From the NCBI GenBank assembly GCA_011524675.1, contig WTJX01000555.1, positions 3,034 through 51,859 of the forward strand: a stretch of 48,826 nucleotides of DNA, in the 5' to 3' direction. The DNA comes from Cytophagales bacterium (GTDB lineage: Bacteria > Bacteroidota > Bacteroidia > Cytophagales > JAAEPT01). This document shows, piece by piece, positions 1 through 6,900 of the stretch (positions within the stretch are counted from its first letter, which is position 1; every line of letters starts with the position of its first letter). The notes beneath the pieces are model-generated. The model saw only the letters and a list, made by a program, of their open reading frames with translations, ran no database searches and was not told the DNA's origin. The position numbers and the translations under genes are program-made.

Positions 1-41
1 AAAAAAAAGGTAATGAAACCTAAATACAACAGCAAAAAGAA

Positions 42-176
42 ATGAGCAAGTTAAGTAAAGCACAAAGGAAAATTGCGAGAGCTGCTATGCCTTTTGATAA
101 AATCACAGGCGCGGATTTTGCTGCTTTGAGAAAAAGAAATAAAAAAGGTAATGGGAGAGCTAAAAAAATGGCGTGA
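42..176 (+). CDS. small basic ORF, 44 aa (below ORF-track cutoff)
   Basis: ATG 42-44, TGA 174-176. Translates to MSKLSKAQRKIARAAMPFDKITGADFAALRKRNKKGNGRAKKMA. Overlaps the next ORF by 26 nt. No family recognised. Confidence 0.3.
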   Translation: MSKLSKAQRKIARAAMPFDKITGADFAALRKRNKKGNGRAKKMA

Positions 177-393
177 ACAAAAATGGGTTCGTATAGGCAC
201 TGATGGTACAATCAAAGGCCCTTGCGGTACAAGCAAGAACAAAAAGAATCCTGACAGATGTTTACCTTTAGCAAAAGCTCGAAGATTATCAAAAAAACAA
301 TTGGCAGCTACTGCTAAAAAGAAAAAACGTCAAGGCGGAAGTAGAAGGCAGTTTGTCTCTAACACTTCGTCTGCCAGAGTTAGAAACGCGTAG
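151..393 (+). CDS. small Lys/Arg-rich protein, unknown function
   Basis: 80-aa ORF from the track. N-terminal 'LKKWREQKWVRIGTDGTIKGPCG...PDRCLP' resembles small basic proteins I associate with marine phages, but I cannot name the family. Confidence 0.55.
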   Translation: MGELKKWREQKWVRIGTDGTIKGPCGTSKNKKNPDRCLPLAKARRLSKKQLAATAKKKKRQGGSRRQFVSNTSSARVRNA

Positions 394-395
394 AT

Positions 396-686
396 ATGGC
401 AAATAAAGCAAAAATGAAATGCAATGTCGTTATGAGAAGCGACAGAGCAGGAAAAAAGAAGATGGTAAAAGCTTGCCAAGGTGGGCGAGAAAAGCTTATA
501 CACTTTGGAGCTAAAGGTTATGGCCATAACTATTCTTCGGCTGCACGCAAATCATTTAGAGCAAGACATAAATGTTCAACAGCCAAAGATAAAATGACTG
601 CAAGATACTGGGCGTGTAAACATTTGTGGGCAGGAAAAGGAGGCTCAACTAAGTCTTCACCAAAAAGCCGTAAAGGAAAATATTAG
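396..686 (+). CDS. small basic Cys-containing protein, unknown function
   Basis: 96-aa ORF starting 3 nt after the previous stop. Very basic (K/R-rich) with scattered Cys and His (KCNV..., ACQGG, RHKCS, WACKHLW). Confidence 0.55.
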   Translation: MANKAKMKCNVVMRSDRAGKKKMVKACQGGREKLIHFGAKGYGHNYSSAARKSFRARHKCSTAKDKMTARYWACKHLWAGKGGSTKSSPKSRKGKY

Positions 687-694
687 TATCTTTG
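687..694 (+). promoter_or_regulatory. Bacteroidota-type -7 promoter box (TATCTTTG, fits TAnnTTTG)
   Basis: TATCTTTG lies immediately after the stop at 684-686 and 4 nt before ATG 699. The flanking 'tatctttgtaaaat' is shared with the box at 3711. Confidence 0.45.
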
Positions 695-698
695 TAAA

Positions 699-857
699 AT
701 GAGTAAGTTTAAAGCTTTAGTAAAAAAATTAATGGCTGATGGGAAGTCTCGCACAGCTGCACAAAAAATTGCATATAGCATTGGCGTAAATAAATACGGC
801 AAAAAAGGTATGGCAAGAAAAGCAGCAGCTGGTGCAAAACGAGCCAGACGCTCCTAA
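699..857 (+). CDS. small basic ORF, 52 aa (below ORF-track cutoff)
   Basis: Hand-translated: MSKFKALVKKLMADGKSRTAAQKIAYSIGVNKYGKKGMARKAAAGAKRARRS, stop TAA 855-857. Fills an otherwise empty gap and is preceded by a TATCTTTG box. Confidence 0.4.
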   Translation: MSKFKALVKKLMADGKSRTAAQKIAYSIGVNKYGKKGMARKAAAGAKRARRS

Positions 858-866
858 ATATATATT

Positions 867-1088
867 ATGAAACATCAAGGATACAACGCTCGTTTAGACG
901 AGTCACTCGGAAACAAGCACAAAGGACATCACTCTCAGTCAATGAAAGACAGACGTGATGAGTCTAAAGGTATGTCAAAAAAAATGTACGGACACGCTTA
1001 TGGTGGAGACCACTCTATGAGCTATGAGCATCAGTGCATCAAAGACGGAAAAGTACACGAGCACTTAGGTGCTATTATCCGTAAGTAA
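867..1088 (+). CDS. small His/Lys-rich protein, unknown function
   Basis: 73-aa ORF with many His (KHKGHHSQ, YGHAYGGDH, KVHEH). Confidence 0.5.
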   Translation: MKHQGYNARLDESLGNKHKGHHSQSMKDRRDESKGMSKKMYGHAYGGDHSMSYEHQCIKDGKVHEHLGAIIRK

Positions 1089-1228
1089 TGGGTAAATTAT
1101 TTATAAAAATAGGACACTGGATGCAGAGCGTTTGGTGTCAATTTCAATGTAAATGGAATTGGATGGTGTCTAAGCTAATGTTTTCAGTAGACTCATGTCC
1201 AAACAAACTTTGTACATGCAAAAAATGA
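1088..1228 (+). CDS. Cys/Trp-rich mini-ORF, 46 aa (below ORF-track cutoff)
   Basis: Its ATG overlaps the upstream stop (TAATG at 1086-1090). Its stop forms ATGA with an in-frame ATG of the next ORF (1225-1228). Translates to MGKLFIKIGHWMQSVWCQFQCKWNWMVSKLMFSVDSCPNKLCTCKK. Confidence 0.3.
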   Translation: MGKLFIKIGHWMQSVWCQFQCKWNWMVSKLMFSVDSCPNKLCTCKK

Positions 1229-1380
1229 AATCAAGAGGATTAGGAGATACCATCGAAAAAATAACTACCGCAACTGGAATTAAGAAAGTTGTAGACACTG
1301 TAAGCAAGGCAACAGGGAAGCCTTGTGGATGTGGCGAGCGTAGGGATAGTTTAAATAGAAAATTCCCTTACAGTAAATAA
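1195..1380 (+). CDS. small conserved-looking phage protein (GLGDTIEKIT...CGCGERR), unknown function
   Basis: 61-aa ORF. The in-frame ATG at 1225 (MKSRGLGD...) is an equally plausible start, coupled by ATGA to the 1088..1228 mini-ORF. Confidence 0.55.
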   Translation: MSKQTLYMQKMKSRGLGDTIEKITTATGIKKVVDTVSKATGKPCGCGERRDSLNRKFPYSK

Positions 1381-1382
1381 AA

Positions 1383-1646
1383 ATGGGTTATCAAAAATTA
1401 CAAGCAAATAGAGCTGCAGTAGTTACACCAAGTGACACTGCCAATATCCCAAACATTTCTGACCCAACCATTCCAAATAATGGGTGTGTCATTTTTGTAG
1501 GCGTAGGCGGTGATTTAAGAGTTTCAACAACTGGAGGAGATGATGTTGTGTTTAAGAACGTACCAACTGGTTCATTTGTTCCAGTGCAAGTGGTTAAAGT
1601 GTTTGCAACCAACACAACTGCAACAGATATTGTAGCTCTGTGGTAA
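1383..1646 (+). CDS. hypothetical protein
   Basis: 87-aa ORF starting 3 nt after the previous stop. The antisense 1391..1723 ORF is judged a shadow. Confidence 0.6.
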   Translation: MGYQKLQANRAAVVTPSDTANIPNISDPTIPNNGCVIFVGVGGDLRVSTTGGDDVVFKNVPTGSFVPVQVVKVFATNTTATDIVALW

Positions 1647-1656
1647 TAACAAAGTA

Positions 1657-2169
1657 ATGGCTTTAGCAGTTGCAATAGGAAACAGAATCGACATGGATGT
1701 TCGAGGGTTTGGTAATCCTCCACCTCCTCAATGCCCTGACAAAGTATTTGTTCTCCAGGTGTGTAATTCTAATTCTTTAATAGATGATAACTTTGATGTT
1801 TTTTTAAATGGAACACTGATTGGCGCTTTAGATTTAAATCAAAATGCACAAGTAGGTTCTGTTTTTATAGGCTCAACCGACACAAACAAAACTATTGTTT
1901 CAGCTGACTTTACCTGTCCTTTGAATAACATGGTGGTTTACTATTTTAATCCTTTAATTTTAACCACAGGACAGAACACTATTTTCATGGATAATACTCA
2001 AAATAACGGCAATGGTAATCGTGGTACTTTTGAGATTAGAAATTATGAAATAGACCCCAATAATCCAAATGAACTTTCTAACCCTTGTGTTATTGACGAC
2101 CAAGAATATATAGGAGGAAGTGGAGTCGACTTTACTTTGACATTTGATTATACCGAATGTTGCCCATAA
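1657..2169 (+). CDS. hypothetical protein with Cys-containing C-terminus (..DYTECCP)
   Basis: 170-aa ORF, Asn/Thr-rich and beta-rich in composition, like the virion proteins further downstream. Confidence 0.6.
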   Translation: MALAVAIGNRIDMDVRGFGNPPPPQCPDKVFVLQVCNSNSLIDDNFDVFLNGTLIGALDLNQNAQVGSVFIGSTDTNKTIVSADFTCPLNNMVVYYFNPLILTTGQNTIFMDNTQNNGNGNRGTFEIRNYEIDPNNPNELSNPCVIDDQEYIGGSGVDFTLTFDYTECCP

Positions 2170-2189
2170 AAATTCTCTAATTATTTCAT

Positions 2190-2197
2190 TATATTTG
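2190..2197 (+). promoter_or_regulatory. Bacteroidota-type -7 promoter box (TATATTTG)
   Basis: Lies in the gap between 2169 and the lysis-cassette ORFs and matches TAnnTTTG. Confidence 0.4.
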
Positions 2198-2271
2198 TAA
2201 CATGGAATTTCATCAAACCACTACGCTATTGTTAGAAGATATTCAAGTAATATACGAAATAGTTGATAGTG

Positions 2272-2568
2272 ATGGCAACAGAAGTTAGCGAGAACACTAA
2301 ATTTACGCTTGATTTAAAAACAATAAGTCTCATTGTGGGATTTAGTGTTAGCTTGGCAACGACTTATTTTAGTCTTAAATCAGACATAGCATTAGCTATG
2401 GAAAAGCCTGAGCCAGTAATCACCCAACAAGAGTATCAATACAAAGACGAGATTGTTCGTCAAACCATTATGCTTACTCAGCAAGATGTTGATGGCATCA
2501 AAGATGACGTGCAAGAAATTAAAGAATCTCTAAAAGTACTTGAAGAAAGACTGTATGAAATAAATTAA
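2272..2568 (+). CDS. membrane-anchored coiled-coil protein (spanin- or holin-like, lysis cassette)
   Basis: The track ORF starts at TTG 2263; ATG 2272 (MATEV...) is the more likely start. One TM segment (ISLIVGFSVSLATTYFSL) precedes a charged helical C-terminus (IKDDVQEIKESLKVLEERLYEIN). Confidence 0.5.
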   Translation: MATEVSENTKFTLDLKTISLIVGFSVSLATTYFSLKSDIALAMEKPEPVITQQEYQYKDEIVRQTIMLTQQDVDGIKDDVQEIKESLKVLEERLYEIN

Positions 2569-2569
2569 A

Positions 2570-2908
2570 ATGAGAACTTCGTTTGTTATTGTAAGCCTAA
2601 TGATTGGATTGCTTTTTGCAAAGCCAGCTGAAAGCACAAATGACAAAACTTATGATATAACTGTCATGCAAATCAATGCAAGATGGAATAAAAAAAATGA
2701 AGTTAAGATTAGTAAGCTCAAATACTGTAATGTTGAGTGGGCATACCTTGAAGACCAAAACACAAGGCTTCAGAAAAAATTTAGCAAGATTCCATTTATC
2801 GTTATAAAAAAAGGAAATACACCGCTCTTGACTTGGGAGGGGAATATATTGTTTGAACCTACTGTTACTTTAGAAGAGATTCAACAACACGTAAATAATC
2901 ATCGTTGA
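2570..2908 (+). CDS. secreted or membrane-anchored protein (N-terminal signal-like segment)
   Basis: 112 aa. The N-terminus MRTSFVIVSLMIGLLFAKPAEST looks like a signal peptide with no lipobox Cys. Sits directly upstream of the amidase. Confidence 0.5.
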   Translation: MRTSFVIVSLMIGLLFAKPAESTNDKTYDITVMQINARWNKKNEVKISKLKYCNVEWAYLEDQNTRLQKKFSKIPFIVIKKGNTPLLTWEGNILFEPTVTLEEIQQHVNNHR

Positions 2909-3312
2909 GACATATAGATAAAATAATTGTACATTGCTCAGCCACTCCTCCTGGTATGAAAGTGGACGCTAAGTTGGTTGATGAATGGCATAAGGCAAGA
3001 GGGTGGTCAGGAATAGGCTACCATTTTTTTATTAAGAGAGATGGGCAAATTGAATTAGGTAGACCCATGGAAAAAATTGGAGCTCATTGTAAGGGATTTA
3101 ATAAATCTTCAATTGGCGTTTGTTACGCAGGAGGTGTAGATGCTGACATGATAGAAGAAGATAATCGTTCCAGTGAACAGATTGCAAGCTTGTTAATGTT
3201 ACTTCGATTTTTAAAAAACTTATTTCCTATCGCTACAATTCATGGGCACAATGAATTTTCAGAAAAGTTTTGCCCAAGCTTTGATGCTAAAAAAGAATAC
3301 GCTACGTTATGA
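2905..3312 (+). CDS. N-acetylmuramoyl-L-alanine amidase (T7-lysozyme / PGRP, Amidase_2 type) endolysin
   Basis: Motifs IIVHCSATP, GWSGIGYHFFI, AHCKGFNKSSIGVCYAGG and IHGHNEF..KFCPSFD match the Zn-binding and catalytic His/Tyr/His/Lys/Cys pattern of T7 gp3.5-type amidases. The TTG start overlaps the upstream TGA. Confidence 0.9.
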   Translation: MRHIDKIIVHCSATPPGMKVDAKLVDEWHKARGWSGIGYHFFIKRDGQIELGRPMEKIGAHCKGFNKSSIGVCYAGGVDADMIEEDNRSSEQIASLLMLLRFLKNLFPIATIHGHNEFSEKFCPSFDAKKEYATL

Positions 3313-3704
3313 AAAAAATTTTACAGCTTATTACTGGCGGTTTAATCAAAGATATCGGTAATGTTATTGATTCAGTTACAACAACCGATGAAGAAAGATT
3401 AGCTGCAAAACAAAAAATACAAGAGCTTTTAGAAAAAGCTGACAATGACGCTCAACAACAAGTTACAGAAAGATGGAAACTTGACATGCAAAGCGACAGC
3501 TTTTTGTCGAAAAATATAAGACCTCTTGTTTTAATTTACTTAACCATTGTGTTTACCATACTTTCTTTTTTTGATGGAAACATTGGCGGTTTTAAAGTTG
3601 CAGAGCAATACGTTCCCATTTTTCAGTCTTTACTTATAACTGTGTATGGCGCTTATTTTGTAGGCCGTACGTGGGAAAAAAACAAAAAACAGAAGCAAGA
3701 ATAA
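3309..3704 (+). CDS. putative holin (resembles the GTA-type '3TM' holin family)
   Basis: ATGA-coupled to the amidase. A charged N-terminal helix (ERLAAKQKIQELLEKADNDAQQQV..W) is followed by hydrophobic segments IRPLVLIYLTIVFTILSFF and VPIFQSLLITVYGAYFVG and a basic tail. Confidence 0.5.
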   Translation: MKKILQLITGGLIKDIGNVIDSVTTTDEERLAAKQKIQELLEKADNDAQQQVTERWKLDMQSDSFLSKNIRPLVLIYLTIVFTILSFFDGNIGGFKVAEQYVPIFQSLLITVYGAYFVGRTWEKNKKQKQE

Positions 3705-3710
3705 AATTCT

Positions 3711-3718
3711 TATCTTTG
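3711..3718 (+). promoter_or_regulatory. Bacteroidota-type -7 promoter box (TATCTTTG) within a 19-nt cassette repeated at 28149
   Basis: TAAAATTCTTATCTTTGTA at 3702-3720 is identical to 28149-28167. In both copies the leading TAA is the upstream gene's stop codon. Confidence 0.55.
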
Positions 3719-3744
3719 TAAAATAAATCTAATAATTTTTAATC

Positions 3745-3975
3745 ATGTCAAAACTAAGTGAAAAGGAGTTAGAAACTCTACAGTCATTAAACAATGAATT
3801 TAATAAAACAAAAGCTGCAATAGCTGATTTAGAAATTCAGAAACACAGTCTAATAGGTTCTTTAGCGGAACTTAAAGACAAGTTTGCTAAAGAAGAGCAA
3901 AAGTTAATTAAAAAATATGGCGAAAATTCTGTTGTTAATATTCAAACAGGAGAAGTAACCGAAAAAAAAGAGTAG
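3745..3975 (+). CDS. small coiled-coil protein, unknown function
   Basis: 76 aa with a heptad-like charged sequence (LETLQSLNNEFNKTKAAIADLEIQKHSLIGSLAELKDKFAKEEQKL). Sits immediately upstream of the fibre gene. Confidence 0.5.
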   Translation: MSKLSEKELETLQSLNNEFNKTKAAIADLEIQKHSLIGSLAELKDKFAKEEQKLIKKYGENSVVNIQTGEVTEKKE

Positions 3976-3980
3976 TATAA

Positions 3981-6900
3981 ATGGCCAAAATCAGTAATAA
4001 AATTGCTTATCCAGGAGCTAATCCTATTGAGGGTGAAGATTATTTAATTGGAACAGACGCAAACTCATCACCTATTGAGCTGCAAACCAAAACCTTTTTA
4101 ATATCTGACCTTAAAAGTTTTATTATTGATGACCTTTTTGATGGCGTTGCCTATCGTTTGCCTGTTTTTACAGCAGCTGCTGAAGGAGAGGATTCTGAAA
4201 AAATTGTTCCTTCTATTGTAAAACAAGACGTAGCTCAAGTTTCAGGCACATCTATTTTAGGCACTACTATTACAATTGATAATAATGCAGGGGGTGGAAG
4301 CTTAGTTGTTACCGATGCTTTTACCCCTTTTGGCCTTTCAACCTTTGAAGGCGATGTTATTTTAAAGAAAACCAATACACTTGTAGGTGACGCTGAATTG
4401 TATTTGCTTGGTAAAATATATGACGCTAATTCTAATCTTGGAAACAATGAGCAAGTTTTAGTTTCAGATGGATTAGGAAATGTAACATGGCAAAATTTTC
4501 AAGGCTCTGGTCTTGAGTTTCAAGGAGCGTGGGATGCCAGAACAGTTGCTGAAGGTGGGTTAACCGATGGAGGTAATCCTGACCTTCAAAACATACAACT
4601 TATTCCAGGTAATACAGGTAAATACTGGGTTGTATCACAAGCAGGCTCAGCATCATTACAAGGACAAACAGGTACAATTACTCAATGGAGTCCAGGCGAC
4701 TGGGCAATTGTATCCGAAGACGATGCTGGAAATGTATTTTGGGATAAGATAGACAACTCATCTGTTGATGGAGCAGGTACAGAAAACAACATTGCTATGT
4801 GGACTTCAGCCAAAACTCTTGGCAATGCAGCTCCAGTCACAATGATACAAGACCCTGACCCTAATGTGAGTACTCTTACTTTTTCTGGCGGAAATAAAGT
4901 TGTTTTTGACACAGCTATAGAGCTTCAGCAAGAAGTGTTTGATAATGGAGCTAACGCAGGAACATCAAATGATATCCTTGTGTCAGACTCTTCCAGCCAA
5001 CTTTCTTATCAAAACCTCAGCACAATCCACGTTAATAGTGCGGAAAAACTTACACAACAAGTTATATTTAGAGAAGCTGTTACTGTTGGTGACCCAGTTT
5101 ATATAGTAGGTTATAATAATGGTCAAAGTCTTACAGAGGTTGAAAAAGCTGACGCATCAGATGTTAATAAAATGGCTGCCATTGGTTTAGCTAAACAAAC
5201 AAAATTAGCAAATGAAATAGGCGATATAGTTATTTCAGGAGACTTTCCTGATATTGATACTTCCTCTTACACTGTAGGTGACTCTTTGTATGTTGCTGTA
5301 GGTGGAGGGTTGACAAATACAAAGCCAATCGTACCTAACTTAATACAAAAAATTGCTATTGTTTCACGCTCTAATGCGAACAATGGCGACATTGAAGTTT
5401 TTGCTGTAGGTCGTACAAACGATGTTCCAAACCTAACTGAAGGTAGAATATTTGTAGGAAGCGCAGCAAACACTATTGAATCAGACACTGTATTTTTAAA
5501 TGAAAGTAAACATTCCGCTACTATAGGAGCAAATACTAATTCAGCCACTGCAGATTTTTCTATAGCTATGGGAAGTGGTACATCGGCAACTGAAATAGCT
5601 GCAACTGCAATGGGAACTGGTACAACAGCAAGCGGAGCAGCTTCAGTCGCAATGGGAGATACTTCAACAGCTATTGGAGATTATTCTTTTGTTGTTGGGT
5701 TGTCTTCAAATGCAACCGCACAACACGCTGTTGCTATTGGAGAATCAAATACCGCTGGTTCTCCTAATTCAGTTGCAATAGGTGACAACAATACTATCTC
5801 AACACAACAAGGAGGTATAGCTATTGGCACACAAAATACAGTAAATGGTGGCAATGCCTTTGCATTAGGCTCACAAGTAACCGCTTCAGGAAACACATCT
5901 TTAGCTACAGGATATCAAACATCGGTTCTTGGAAACTACAGTATTTCCTCTGGACTTTCAACAGAAACAAAAGGGCAGCAATCTATTGCTGGAGGCATAG
6001 GCTCAGTAGTTAGGTCAAGTTCTGACAACTCAATAGCTTTTGGAAACAAGGTTATAGCTGGATTAGGAATAACTGACTATAAAGAAAACGCAGCTTTTGG
6101 GTTTGAAACTTTAGCTGGAGGCTCATTCGGTTCTTTCGCGATGGGCTGGAGGTCTTTTAATGTGGGTTCTGAAGGTCTCGCATCAGGACATGGAAGCTTT
6201 GTTTCAGGCCATGGTTCAGGCGCGCTTGGAGAAGGTTCAAGTGTTACAGACGTAGCTGCTGGAGTTTTAAATACATCATCAGGTGTAAACACCACACAGT
6301 TTCAACTTATAAATGTAGTAGGCGGAGCAAACATACAAGTTGGAGATACAATATATAATAACGGCTCAGGCTCACAGGATTGGACAGAAAGCAATGATTT
6401 TAGAATAAATACAATTGTTTCAGCAAATCAGCAAGCAACCACACCTGCTGGTGATGTATATTTTATTACTGTAAACGCACCAGGATTTAAAACAAATCAA
6501 GGAGAAACTGTTTCTATTGTCAGAACAGTAAATGCCACAGAAGGTTCTTTTGCTATTGGAGCGCATAGTATTACATTAGGAAACAGAAGTACGTCTATAG
6601 GATATTTTGCCAAAGCAGAGTCTGACCAATCAGTAGCTATAGGCGAACATGCTTGGACAAAAAACACAGGCAGCGTTTCTATTGGCAAGTATGCTATTGA
6701 TGATGCAGCCGAACAAGTTGCTATTGGAGGTACGACAGTTCGTTTAAACGCTTATGGAACAGGTACCCCAATTACAGGAACTGTTGTGGCTAATTTAGGT
6801 GTAGATTCTACTGGAAAAGTTATTGAAACAGACCCATCTGTTGATGGTTCTGGCACAGTAGACTTCGTTCCAAAATGGACACCTGACGGCAACACTTTAG

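Noticed and set aside
20-242. Minus-strand ORFs 20..211 and 51..242 at the window start. If the genome were circular, 51..242 could appear to join the truncated minus-strand ORF at 48826.
   Set aside because: The TAA stop of 51..242 (51-53, read on the minus strand) lies between it and the window edge, so it cannot continue into 48826. Both ORFs are hydrophobic shadows of the A-rich plus-strand small genes. Circularity itself cannot be judged from this window.
3697-3711. AAGAAT-aaa-ATTCTT inverted repeat after the holin-like gene, as a possible terminator.
   Set aside because: The stem is only 6 bp and all A/T-rich, with no T-run of its own. The left arm is not conserved at the paralogous cassette at 28149.
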